A DNA stretch of 63,162 nucleotides, the filler included, from Neolecta irregularis DAH-3 (taxonomy: Eukaryota): assembly GCA_001929475.1 (NCBI GenBank). It is 5 parts of 5 records of this genome, joined end to end, with 100 filler letters (N's around TTAATTAATTAA, not from the genome) between each part and the next. Parts side by side here need not be neighbours in the genome. Positions count along the whole stretch, not along the records: positions 1 to 27,289 come from LXFE01000391.1; positions 27,390 to 36,657 come from LXFE01000394.1; positions 36,758 to 52,464 come from LXFE01000395.1; 2 more parts are not named here. One strand, written 5' to 3'. Positions 24,827 to 36,777 of this stretch are shown piece by piece (within the stretch, counting starts at the first letter, position 1; each line of letters opens with the position of its first letter). Made by a program: the position numbers and the translations under genes. Below the pieces are notes generated by a model. It made no database searches, had not been told where the DNA came from, and worked only from the letters and a program-made list of their open reading frames with translations.

Positions 24827-26320
24827 TTATCTTGATAGCAAACTTTCTAGCTGTGGTTCCGCCTGGACTAATGCAATGATATCAGATTGAAGATCATTGC
24901 TGCATACAGTCTTTAGTAGCCGTGCGATTTCAATCAACTTTTGGCGAATTTGAGAAACCTGCTCAGAGTCTTGTTGCGATAAATTTCGAAAACATATAGA
25001 AATTGCTTTCAGTATTTTTGCGTGGTGATAATCTAGTCTCGGCCAGCACTTTGTACAAATCGTCAAGAGACATTGAACGCTTGAGGTGAGGTTTGATAGA
25101 TCATGATGTGCCAGAGGGTGTTGAAGTTGATCTGCAAGGATCTGGAGTGTGTTCTTGAATCAATAGAGGTATTTGATAACAGGTACCTTTAAATGCTTGA
25201 CATGATAAATCCCAGTCACTTGGACCAATTCATTCAACCAGCGAATAAGAGTGCAGATAATCTTGAGATATTCTCCCGCAAAAGCAACGCCTCTCTCGAT
25301 ACCCTCTCGATAAACCTGATCCAATAACTTTGCTCGACTCTGAATGTCATCCGGAAACCGAATTGCTGCAATTTGAAATAGACCGGCTAGTGCAACGTCG
25401 AGCAGTTCCGCAGAGTCGTCTTCAGGTGTAATTGTAGGGAGATACGTCAAGCAAACCATCAACGACTGCCAAAATAAATCTGCAAGCCCGCTTTTTTGGA
25501 CAATTGTTGGGTCAACGCGTTTCAGCACGACCAACAATATTTCACACCCTCGGATTTTAAAAGTGACAGAGATGTCTTGCAGCATTGTCACAACAGGAGG
25601 GATGATTAATGGCCATTGAGACACCATTTCTTCCGTCTGCAAGTCAGCTCGAGGCACTGAAACAAATACCGGTAAATTCCGTATAGTCCATTCAAGAATG
25701 GTGATAGTCTCAGCGTGAGCCTTCCAAGGATATTTAATATCCCGGTCTTGAGCATAAACGTATTCGGGGGCTGATTTTCGAGGGTAGGGATGAAGTCGTC
25801 CATGGTCTGTAATCTTGGAATTTTTAAGAAACCGCGGTTTGAGTTTATCCTGAAGAATAGCGGTGTATACGAAATTCTCGATATTATTGTTTTGCAGGAT
25901 TGTATTTGCGAGTTTCGTTGATACTGGAGTAGTCCACGGATCCTTATCTCGAGTATACGATGCTAGTGCGACGAACAAGTCTAATTTTATGTCTCTTTGT
26001 AATTCCAGTGGATATTTTTCCAACACAGCCTGTATGAATTCCAATATCTTTTCAGCTCGTGCCGAAAAGGCTTTCTCTGGCTCATGATCGACGACTACCA
26101 AGTAAGCCTATATCAGCAATATTCGCACCTTGGTAGAGTTTATCCTTGCCAAAAGATGATAAAGGTTTCAACAAGGGCACAGTTTTTTGAATTATTTGGT
26201 TCAGAAACTTGCTGGAAGGAAGCTGCATCGTAAATATACATTACATGGTACATATACTGGAGAAAGTCCGTTCTGGAGCTGATCAAGTAGACTTGGAATC
26301 AAATCGAATTCATCGGGCAT
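24827..26320 (-). CDS. TTI2: Tel2-interacting protein 2 (TTT complex)
   Basis: WPLIIPPVVTMLQD..KIRGCEIL, SGLADLFWQSL..CLTYLPTITP, CWPRLDYHHAKILKAI; 5' exon structure less certain. Confidence 0.82.
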
Positions 26321-26365
26321 AAGTATGACGTTGGGAGTATCAAAAATGCACGGATACATTTACAA

Positions 26366-27289
26366 TTAAAATTTCCCTTTCAAAACAAGATTTTCATATT
26401 CTGTGGCGGTACCATCTGGATTTTCCAACTGCCATTGCAAAAGGTTGTCCAAGGCGTTTTTAATCTCGGGGCCTGGTTGCAAATGAAGTAGATTGGCCAG
26501 CTTTTTCCCCTAGATGTTATATTATTGACGACAGATGTGTGTACATTGATGAGTGGTTTGAGGGCATAAGCTTCGCCTACGCCGTGGAAGGAAACTTGTC
26601 TTTCGAGGCGATTGTACATTTCCACAATTCTTTGGGCGTCTATTGAAGTTTCCAGAGATGAGTCAGTGGTATGTGCAAGATCGTATATAAACGACGAATT
26701 TACAATCAATGGCCAGTTCTTGCCTAGAACCCGAATAAGAAGACCTATTGATGTCAACAAATCATGCAAACAGGAAACAACCGGTTTCTAGACGAGAAAG
26801 TCCATTTTCTGATGAATAATTTCTGGAAGCGGCTTTGTGGACGTCTTGCATGTGCATGAAGCAGTGTTTAATAAAGTCCGAGTCGATTGTAGGCAACTTT
26901 AGTGCGTCGCGAACAGACACGACTGCTGCAATATGTTTTTGATCAGGACTAGGTTGATGAAGCCAGGGGAGAACAGCGGCAACAAGAAACAAGCGTCGTT
27001 GGGACACAGAATCTAGTTGAAGAGAGGAAAGGGGTTTCGACTCTAGTATCCATTTTACTATTTTGGCTGCGGAAGAAGCGAGCGTAGGATCAATAGATGT
27101 TTGCCATGTCGAGAAAACTGAATCGTACAGTCCATATTCGCAGATCATTCTAAGCGCATATTCCGGGTCGGGACCTACGATGTTATTATTACGAGATAGT
27201 AGCTACCTTTCAACATCTTGTTGACTTCTTCACCTACTCGTTCCCGACTGATTTTGAGTTTCAAAGCTTGCTAAAAGTTTAACAAGAGA
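26366..27289 (-). CDS. CCA1: CCA tRNA nucleotidyltransferase, 3' part (truncated at gap)
   Basis: ALKLKISRERVGEEVNKMLKGPDP and C-terminal LKPLINGKKL..PGPEI..WQLENP; stop TAA at 26366-26368. Confidence 0.9.
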
Positions 27290-27389
27290 NNNNNNNNNNN
27301 NNNNNNNNNNNNNNNNNNNNNNNNNNNNNNNNNTTAATTAATTAANNNNNNNNNNNNNNNNNNNNNNNNNNNNNNNNNNNNNNNNNNNN
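27290..27389. other. Artificial assembly linker
   Basis: N44-TTAATTAATTAA-N44, 100 bp, stops in all six frames. Confidence 0.98.
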
Positions 27390-28536
27390 CGTGTTCCTCT
27401 CCTAGCTCTACTAGACTAATCAAGTGTCTTCTATGATCCACGGCCTCCAAGGACTGCCGAAATGCCATGTATTGACATTCCCATGATACCGTGCCCGTCT
27501 TTCTGGGATAATACACTAGTATTTTCCTTCTTTGTATACAGATTACCACTAGGAAGCTTATTCGTTCCTCTGTATTCAGGTTTCTATGACGTTAGAGCTG
27601 GAGAAGACGATCTTTGCATATACTTGATCTTGAGTTTTTCTATAATGAAGCCCTGCTTATCCTTGTTGTTTTTATGTAGTACCATTGTATGCCCGTAATA
27701 TATAATTCATATACCGTTGGAAGGTCGCAGGGACATTACACAACCCTTGCGGCATCACGACCCATTCAAAAAGGCCATATGGGGTTTTGAATGCCGTTTT
27801 ATAAATATCTGGCTCGTGTACGTGTATTTGGTAGTAAGCATCTTTCAATTTTCCCTTTGAATTTAGCATTAGCTGCCGCCTGCAATAGTTCAGTCTGAAT
27901 ATAGGAGTTCGATCCTTAATTGTATAATCATTGGTTTTCTTATAGTCATGTATTATTCTTGGCATTGCTCCTTCTTTCTTTGCGATCATCGAGGTAGATG
28001 AGGAATATGGACTGGAAGAATACCGAATTCTACCCATTTTTAATGCATCATCGTGTTTTTAATTCTGCCTTCCATTTATGTGGAATATGATAAAAATATC
28101 TGCAAACCGTTTACGGACTTCACCGTTGAGTGAATTGTGGTTCGAACATTGACCAAAGAATCTTGTCTTTCGAAATGGCAAATACAAGTATCCTCAAACT
28201 CCTTCCCGAATCAAAATGGGAGCTAGGATTGCTGGCGGAAAGAATTTTGCTCAAGGGGCTCGAGCCTGGGCGGGTATGTTCTTTCATGGTTCATGTTCTT
28301 TTGACATATCTAGGCGGGTGCACTGACTTTTCAAAGGTTCCATTCATAATGACCTTAAAAAGCCTTACGGTTGAGAATTACCATCCCACTCGAGCCTATA
28401 GTTATAATGACCGATCTGGCATGCAGAACTCTGTGGTTATGAGTTGATGAGTTGAGGAATAGGTGAATAAAGTAGGCCAACTGAGTTAGAGAGTGAATTG
28501 TGTTTGATAATTATAAGAGAACCGCGCCTTGTTACA
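27390..28536 (-). mobile_element. Degenerate Ty3/gypsy retrotransposon remnant (RT region, possible LTR edge)
   Basis: YYQIHVHEPDIYKTAFKTPYGLFEWVVMPQGLCNVPATFQRYMN; frameshifted, YxDD not intact. TGTAACA on the minus strand at 28536 may be an LTR start (weak). Confidence 0.88.
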
Positions 28537-28694
28537 TCGCCCTTTCTTGGCTTTAGAGGTGTCTTGCCTTATTATTTAATGATTCAGAATAGAGGGTTGT
28601 ACGACGGTCAATAATCGAATATACATTTATAATAGAGCATAAAGACTAAGCACGCCCATTTATGAACAAAGAATCCTGGGCCCAGCTTTTGTAA

Positions 28695-29216
28695 TTATAA
28701 ACCAAGAGCACAAAGCTGTTTTTCCAATTCATCTAGCTGGTCCAATTTTAACAGTTGCTCTGGTATCAATGTATCTCCAGCATCCTGTTTTATTTTCAAT
28801 TCTTGAACCTGGCGGATCTTTTTTCTCAGATTTCGGGCTTTCTTTTCTTTATCTTGTGTATTGTCTTCTATCGATTCAGCCTCTGCAAGCTGAGTTTCAG
28901 GTCTGGCGGTCCCGTCAATCTCATATTGTTCACTCTTTGTCTTTCCTCGACTCCGTTTTTTCTTCTTTGGTGCTTCTTTAACCTTTTCTGCAGCCCCAGG
29001 CGGTAAATATTTCTTGTCACCGGGCTTTGGAGCATTCAATCGCTCGCGATAGGTAGCCGCTCGTTCATTTTGATAATGGCAAACGTCTTCGGCAGGGGTA
29101 TAACCAGGTCTCACTTTTCTTTCTTTCCGCTCAGATCCGTCTAATCGTTTTGATGGTACAATTATCCGAGATCCATCGGTTAGCGTAGAGATTCCAGAGG
29201 TTGATTGTTGAGACAT
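28695..29216 (-). CDS. PYM1: Partner of Y14 and Mago (WIBG family)
   Basis: IIVPSKRLDGSERKERKVRPGYTP and KKARNLRKKIRQVQELK...LIPEQLLKL. Confidence 0.9.
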   Translation of the reverse strand: MSQQSTSGISTLTDGSRIIVPSKRLDGSERKERKVRPGYTPAEDVCHYQNERAATYRERLNAPKPGDKKYLPPGAAEKVKEAPKKKKRSRGKTKSEQYEIDGTARPETQLAEAESIEDNTQDKEKKARNLRKKIRQVQELKIKQDAGDTLIPEQLLKLDQLDELEKQLCALGL

Positions 29217-29309
29217 TTAGTCGCAAGCGGAGTTTCTTTCCTTACTCTTTGACTTCCTAGACCCGATCAACTCCCCTTCTCCTATCTCTGAGAATTAGAA
29301 GCAATAAAG

Positions 29310-29613
29310 ATGGCGGTATGTTCTCTGTGTTGCACCTCTTTTGATTGCGCTAGCTCGCAAAGTCGATGTATAAGACATTTTTTAAACGGAATTCAGTATT
29401 CATGGGTACCGTCTTCGTTTCAGCTTTTATCTTCGAAATGTACGAGTCTGGGAATATACCACTGTTACTCATTCTCCAAGTGCCTACGATATGACAATGA
29501 TGAGCATCTATGATCGAATAAACAAGGGCGTATGTATTAGATTATCCCTAGGCGCTAACTTGTAGATGCAATGGAAAGATATCCGACACTTGTATATCCA
29601 GAGCGATAAATGA
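29310..29613 (+). CDS. QCR9: Cytochrome bc1 subunit 9 (4 exons; absent from the ORF track)
   Basis: Spliced MA|LAKSMYKTFFKRNSVFMGTVFVSAFIFE|IAYDMTMMSIYDRINKG|..QWKDIRHLYIQSDK. Confidence 0.93.
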
Positions 29614-29884
29614 TAACAAAAGCATATAATTTACAGTGAATAAGCGACTGTTGGAAATAAACTCATTTTGTTGTAAAAACCCCGTTAAAGACTATGGGCA
29701 TGTTATCCGTTCTTTACTGTAATTGCCATTTGAAACAGATTACCCATTTAGGCGGCTTTAGTCTGTATATTCTATATCCTACTAAATACTTGGAATCACC
29801 TTTCAACCACATAAGGTTAAATGTAAGATGGTATTCAGATTGTCGTTTCGAGGTCTCGCCCTGAATCTAATGCTTAGTGGTTCA

Positions 29885-30052
29885 TTAGGGTTAGGGTTAT
29901 TCCTACCCGCCTTGCCGGCCCGCTCGCCTGCCTCTCCCATCTCTCCTGCCTCGTGCGCCCGTCTCGCGAGCCTCGCCCGCCTCACTCTCCTGTCCCGTGC
30001 ATGTTTGGCCTGTTTTGCCCTCCCACCTGTCAGTTTCTTCTCGCCAATATTT
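29885..30052. repeat. (TTAGGG)2TTA followed by a C-rich low-complexity repeat related to 39920-40450
   Basis: Shares CCCATCTCTCCYGCCTC, TTTGGCCT and CAATATT blocks with 40350-40450. Confidence 0.55.
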
Positions 30053-30322
30053 AGATAAATATAAAGAATTATATACATAATATAGCCATAAACTTGCTAG
30101 TTAACATATTCTTGGGGTGCCTCAATGGAGTGCTCTGCAAGGCCATCGGGGATGGCGAGGGGCGCAAAGGGGGCGGTGTCTGCCATGTCGTCGAAGGGCA
30201 GCAGGCCCAGGGCGAGGCATAGTGCCAGCACTGGCACAGGGCGCAGGAGGCGAGCCGCAGGTGGTGCGCGTGGTCGAGGATGAAGACGGAGCGGGTGAGG
30301 GGAGACAAGTTGCAGGTACAGC

Positions 30323-30499
30323 TACACCCCAAATGACAAGACCTTATTTCCATCAAGACAATTACCATACCCAGGGCCAGTTGTTCCAGCAACAGGTCGC
30401 TATGAAGTGGAGCTAATTATCGATCGAAGGGTCAGGCAAAACAAGAAGCATTACCTGATAAAATGGAAAGGATGGCCTAATTCGGACAATGAATGGTGG
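30323..30499 (+). mobile_element. Chromovirus integrase C-terminal remnant with chromodomain
   Basis: YTPNDKTLFPSRQLPYPGPVVPATGRYEVELIIDRRVRQNKKHYLIKWKGWPNSDNEW. Confidence 0.88.
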
Positions 30500-31277
30500 T
30501 GTCAACTTCAGGGGGTGGCAGCTTCCACAGCGGTGAGCTTATATTATGAAACTTAGAAAGCTGTCTCACTTCGGAACTCCTAAGAAAATGCAACTAAAAC
30601 AGCACCACAAACATTTAGCACTCCACCAATGAAAAGAGTGGAGCTGCTGAATGATGCTTGAGCACGAACTAGAAGAATTAAAGAACCTTGTTTGTTGCTT
30701 TGAACAAGTAAAAGGAGATATGAGCTTTGTTTGACCTAGCAAAAAGAGATTGGAGCCACGCAAGAAGCATGCGTGTACTGAACGAACAGTGTAATTTTGC
30801 ATCCGACTCTGTAGCTTCAACAGCAACGGAGTATCCTAGGAAAGCGAGGGTATCCGTGACTTGGCTCGGTTAGCCCAGTTGCGTATATCATCTGTACTTG
30901 TATAGACACCCATAAATAGACACAATATACCCGGTTATTTTGCCGAACGTGCCATAGAAAATTACTAAATTATAGCCTATAGATTAAAAGCTGCAAGATT
31001 GGATGTCTGAGAATCTGCCGCAGCTGTCCTGTTTTCACTCGGTTTCAAACGCTTCAGCACCCAAAAGCCGAATTCTCAAATTTAAAGCTGCTTTGTCTAC
31101 CGCCATTTACAATATAATCTTGCTTGGAGTTGATTTGGCCTGTACTCCAAACACTCGCCGATCCAGAAATAGGCACTGGTGATCGAAACTACCCCTAACT
31201 TCCGACTATCTGCCTTCAATTTTCGCCACATTTCAGCTGAGTGCCGGAAACCACAGCTATACTTTCATTTAAAGACA

Positions 31278-33446
31278 ATGCGTCTATCTAATGTGCTTCT
31301 ACTGGTCTATGTCACCTCCACCAGCGCCGGCGGAGTATTATCCTCGGGACCCTTTATCCAGTGCGCCAGTGGACAGAATTCAATCCATATTTCCACCTTT
31401 TCGATTTCCTTTGACCAGGACTCGAATATCGCCACATTCGATGTGGAGGGAAACAGTGATAAGCAGCAGAATGTCACTGGTATACGCTCGACGTTTCATT
31501 TTTGCTGACTTTGAACAGGCTCGGTGGTAGTAACAGCGTACGGTAAACAAGTATACACAAATTCATTCGATCCATGCGCGTATGCATGTTTCTGATATAC
31601 ATGCTCATCTCTAGGGCTGACCACAGGGTTGCGCAGCTATGTCCAGTTCCCCAAGGATCCTTCCGCGCAGCAGGTTCAGTTAATGTCCCAGCAAATTTCG
31701 CGTCACAGATCCCAGAGGTGACGTTTAGTATTCCCAATCTCGACGGAGTAGCAGCATTGTCACTCACCAATATCAATGGAGACGTCGTTGCCTGTATTCA
31801 ATCCCAGATCGAAAACGGGAAATCCGTAGCTGTGCCTGGGGTCTCGTATGCTACATTCGGATTTGCAGCTGGAGCAGCTATTATTGGCAGCGTTAGTGCA
31901 ATTACAGGAGCCAGTGCCGCTGTCGGAACTGCTGGAGGTGCCGGAGCCGTTGTTGTGACAAGTCCAAGTGTCGGAGATCTTGTCTTTTGGTTCCAGGCCG
32001 TTGCTTTTAACGGAGCATTGTCTTTGAATTATCCCGCGGTTTATCGTACATATACACAAAACTTTGCATGGGCGACTGGGCTTGTCAGTTGGGGTACTAT
32101 GCAGAGAGAAATCGATAATTTTCGTGCAAAAACAGGAGGAAACACGGCGGCCAGTTCTTTGGATATTCTGTTGAATACGACGTTGATATACAGTATGAAC
32201 ACCACCAGTCTTACAAAGCGGGGGCTCTTGGATGAGCGTGATATCAAATATTCCACAGGCGGATCAACTAATCCATCTTCATCCGCCTCCTCGGACAAAA
32301 AAGGCTACTCAAAAATCGTCCATGGACTGACGGCATACGCCGAAGAACTCAAAGTTCCCTCAGAAAATACATTCATGACTGTTCTTTTAGTATTTCTTGC
32401 TGTTATTGCCTCTATAATTGTTTTTCTGCTCCTTGGGAAAGTCATTCTTGAAGTTTGGGCAATGACTGGTCACATCCCCAAGAAAGTTGAGAGTCTCCGC
32501 AAGAACTATTGGTCATTTCTTTCCGGCACAATTCTCAGAGTCGTATGCTACTCTTCACTTTAAAATTCTGATATTCAAGCTCCTGGTCGTCTATTCTACA
32601 TGGGTTCTGTTCTGCCTCTACCAATTCCGAAACGGAGACTCCTGGGCAGCCAATTTACTGGCAGGTGCTTCTCTCGCTGCATTCACCGGAGTGCTCCTCT
32701 TCTTTACAATCCGAATCTTCCGAGTTGCTCAACGAGCACGGCAGCAAGGCGGGGTGGAAGAATTATACAAGCACAAGCCCTTTATGAGGAAGTATGGAAT
32801 CTTTTATGATTCCTACAGATCAAGATTCTGGTGGTTTTTCGTTCCAGTCATCTTATATTCCGGTGTCAAGTCTTGTTTCATCGCTCTCGGTGATGGCCAC
32901 GGAATAGTTCAAGTTGGCGGGCAATTAGCTTGCGAGTTTTCTATGCTATTGTTACTATTCTGGGACCGACCTTTTGAAGGTCGCGGGGCAAACATCGTAA
33001 ACATTTCTATTTCATTTGTTCGGATTACAAGTCTTGCTTGCCTTTTTGTGTTTGTCAACGAACTGGGTATTTCTCTAAATTCCACCGACTCTAATATTGC
33101 AGGCTTCTCAGAAACGACCACCACGATAACAGGCGTAACACTCATCGCAATCCAGTCAACGCTAACCGTAATCCTTGGAATTTTAATCCTTATGAATGCA
33201 ATGATGCCCCTCTTCCGCGGAAGACGCAAATCTATACAGGAGAAAGAGCCAACTCTTCTAGACAAATCAACGGAACTGGATTTAGCAGAGAAGAGACGAA
33301 ACAGCGAGGGTTATGTTCTCACCCCAACCACCGACACTTTTATCCCCCACTCAGAAAGTCGACATGCTCTTACACACAGTCTAAGTGACACTACAATGGA
33401 AGAGTATTCCAACAGCTACAATCAGGATCATCGTTTTGGAAGATGA
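31278..33446 (+). CDS. FLC/Pkd2-family TRP-like channel (ML-like domain plus TM domain)
   Basis: Signal peptide; VVVTAYG..FDPC, QLCPVP, FSIPNLDG, YPAVYRTYTQNFAW, MQREIDNFRAKTGG; multiple TM helices. Confidence 0.93.
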
Positions 33447-33796
33447 TCTGGGATATGGTTGGCGCCGTTTTTTTCTTTTAGTCACATTTCCTGGAATCGT
33501 CTATCATTTATCGGAGTTGAGGATGCGGCATTGTCACCCATTTGAACGGGGCTATTTCTTTTTGCTATTACAGGACGTTGTTTTCTTTATTGGCACCCAG
33601 TTAGAATGGATCTATATTCTTATTTATGCCGGATGTCTGTTTCTTCAGGCTTCCAAATTGTGGCACTCTGAAACGAGGAACCATGAACTTGGCTGCATAA
33701 CGCATGCATGTTTGAAAGATCTCGAAACTAGTCAGGTCCGATTCACCAAGTTGATTATTGTATTCCACTCAATCCATAAACCCACATAAATACATA

Positions 33797-35132
33797 CTAG
33801 TGATCTTCATATATTTGGCAACAAAAGCCTCCAAGTGAAAGATGACTTTACTCCCTGTTCGGATTCGATGTTCCTATAGGAATTTAACTTGATATTGAGC
33901 TGCGCAGATAAATACGTAGAATGAAGCCCAGTGAATAACCTCTGCTTTCAAAGAGTCATCGGTCTTTGTGAGAAGCTGGAATAATAAAGTTTTGAGAATA
34001 ATGCTGGCCGGTATGCAATGTGTAAGCAGTTCATACATCATTCCTCGGACCTTTAATATTCTACTCCTCAGCAAACTTTTACGAGAACGGTATACGCTTG
34101 AGGGCTCTGTTCTCTAATCATCTCATCTGCGATCTGACTGATATACTCTTCCCAATCTGGGGGTGGGATTTTCGAATCGTCGGATAATCTGGGACTTGAT
34201 GACATCAGATTCTTACTTGAGTAAAGAATCATACTCTGCAGCTTGAACAGCTTCAAACATCAACAGGGCCCTTCTTAAATTTCGTTTACTTTCAATAGCA
34301 ATCCGTTCGGCTAGTTTCTCTGAGACTTTGATATGTTCCTTTGACGCAACATATTGGATCACTGTTCCTATTTCTTCGAGTGTCGGCGCGGGAACGCGGA
34401 TTAATAAACATCTGGAACGAATTGGACTTAGGATCTTGGAAGTTGAGTTTGCAATTAGAATTAATCGAATATTGGGCGAATATTTCTCCATCGTTCTCCG
34501 AAGAGCGGCTTGGGCATCCCGGGAAAGTTGGTCTGCTTCATTAATTACGACAACTTGTATATGAGCCGGGGGTGAATAAAAGAAAGCACCTTTGAACCTT
34601 TGTTTGGCTGCTAAATCGACTTGTTGAGTTTGAGCTACTTCTTTCAATAAATCTTGAATCACGATTCGATCATAATTTCCAACATCACTTTCTAATTAGT
34701 CCAAATACGCTTGTAGTTTCCGCACCTCGGTGTGATTTCTAAATGATAGACACTTGATACGATATTAACTTCGAGTTTTTTGTTGGATGCATTAACGAAT
34801 ACTCGTTGGACAATTTTCAGCTATCGGGTTACCATGGATATACCCAAGAAGCTGCACCTTTTCAACCCCCGGACCATATAGTTCTCTTAAAACACCAACT
34901 GTCCGCGTTTTTTTACCGGCTCCACTAGGTCCATATATTAATACATGCGGGAAATCTCCTGATGCTGCCTAATTTGGTGAGTTCGAAATATTGAATGGGT
35001 GATAGACCAGAGCGACCAATCGATCCGTGAGCCCTTGATGATAATGAAGATTCTGCAGTTGCTTTGGACGATACTTGTCGACCCAGCTGTCTGTCAGATG
35101 GTCGCTGAATTGATATGTTCTTACAGGGACAT
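33797..35132 (-). CDS. RFC5: Replication factor C subunit 5
   Basis: [55 protein letters not shown]. Confidence 0.97.
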
Positions 35133-35499
35133 GAATAATAATGGTGTGGAGTAAAACACGCACGCACCAAATACATCCCAGAAAGACTGGGAAAGTCAAA
35201 TGGAATTTCTCAAATTTTATTTACATACAACCCCAAAGCCCGCCTATCTATTTGAGTTCTTTCCTTTTGCAAAGAAATCAATCAGGGTGAGCCATTTGTC
35301 GTAAAGAAATACTCGACTGAGGATTTTCACCTAAAATGACGCTATCGGGCCTCCTTACTCAAGCTCACTCCTCCCCTCGTCCTCAACAATTTTTACTACC
35401 ATCAATCTCATTCTCAATTCACTATCATATCTATTTCGGCACGGTTCTGCTTCCGACGTCGGTCCTCTGTCTTTTCGAGAGTATCTTCGTACCGGGAGT

Positions 35500-35590
35500 A
35501 TGGGGCGTGCTGGTGCGGGCCGGTCAAAATAACCCGCCGGCGGCTGGCAGGTGGTCTTTTTGGACAATTAGGGTTAGCGTTAGGGTTAGG
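35500..35590. repeat. GC-rich repeat fragment followed by a telomere-like tract
   Basis: CCCGCCGGCGG..GGCAGGTGG is shared with 36093-36123; TTAGGGTTAGCGTTAGGGTTAGG at 35568-35590. Confidence 0.55.
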
Positions 35591-35930
35591 ATACAATATT
35601 CACTAAATAACCAAAATTACCAATATAAAATGATATCTATCTGGCCGTTTCTTTCGTTGGTGAAGTATGCTGCACAAACAAAGTTCATGTCGAATCATCC
35701 TGATCACTGTCACGTGATTGGTGACAAATCTTGCGAGCCTAACTTTGAGCAAATTGACATCAATTTAAAGTTGAACAACCAACCAACGTTTTCAAACGAA
35801 ACAACCACTATCGGGATCCGAATTTACAGGCGAAAATAATGGTCTGCCAACAAATTCAATACAAGAAAGTCAAAGGGGGACCTTTGAAGAAGCATCACAT
35901 GGAAGAAACTGCCAAACGGCCATACAACTT

Positions 35931-36131
35931 AACAGCCTGCAAGAGCACTCTCCAGGTGGGTGGTTGGATCTCTTGGTGAAGGCAGGAGGCATAAAAATCC
36001 GGCCGGAGAGGCCCCATCCGCCAGAGAGGCTCCGGAGGGTGGACATTTGAGATTTTTCCGGCAGGAGGGCGGCTTACTAATCCGCCTACCTGCCCGCCGG
36101 CGGCCCGCCAGCCGGGCAGGTGGACACACTG
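35931..36131. repeat. Second copy of the GC-rich hAT/MITE-like repeat
   Basis: Homologous to 1-141; ends TGGACACACTG. Confidence 0.6.
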
Positions 36132-36229
36132 AATTTTTAGTGTTAATGCAACTGGGTGTCTCGCCATATTGTAAGCATTGGAGAATATAAGCTAAATGTA
36201 AAAGAAAAGACATATTAATACACATTAAA

Positions 36230-36450
36230 TTACCAATTCACAAAGTCATTTGGACCCCAGCTTTGCTGGCACTGGGCTGCTGCAATAATATCTAGGTGAA
36301 GTTTAGATCGATGAGGCTCAAGCATATCACCGCCTCACTAAATGCTCTTTCACAATTAGCACATGATGCTGGTATTGTCAAGATATCAAGAGCTAGGCGA
36401 CTGAGAGTTGGATAGGTTAGTAATCTGGTAGTCGGTTCCAATCAATGCCA
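36230..36450 (-). mobile_element. hAT transposase C-terminal dimerisation-domain remnant
   Basis: YPTLSRLALDILTIPASCANCERAFSEA, then after a frameshift DMLEPHRSKLHLDIIAAAQCQQSW; stops upstream. Confidence 0.9.
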
Positions 36451-36657
36451 TCATGGTTTTCATCATCATTATTACGTTCAGGACCAGGGGTCGATATATC
36501 AATATCAATCTCGCTGAATGATATTTGTCAGCACACGACCTTAGGTTGAGCGCTGATGTGGACTTAGGTTGGATATGCTGCCGTAGATACCGTTAAAGAG
36601 AGTAACTACGTATATTGAATATCAGGTCAAAGCCTAGCCAGCTAATCTGGCTGGGCG

Positions 36658-36757
36658 NNNNNNNNNNNNNNNNNNNNNNNNNNNNNNNNNNNNNNNNNNN
36701 NTTAATTAATTAANNNNNNNNNNNNNNNNNNNNNNNNNNNNNNNNNNNNNNNNNNNN
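36658..36757. other. Artificial assembly linker
   Basis: N44-TTAATTAATTAA-N44. Confidence 0.98.
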
Positions 36758-36777
36758 CTCACTCACCCCCCCCGTAG

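Noticed and set aside
26090-26145. Possible GA-AG intron in TTI2
   Set aside because: A canonical 34-nt GT-AG solution (GTGCGA...TGGTAG) also restores the frame, so the case is ambiguous.
27334-27345. TTAATTAATTAA palindrome repeated four times in the window
   Set aside because: Synthetic six-frame-stop scaffold linker, not biological.
29885-29899. Telomerase RNA template (TAACCCTAACCCTAA on the minus strand)
   Set aside because: Embedded in repeat debris, with a similar tract at 35568; no pseudoknot or other TER element identified.
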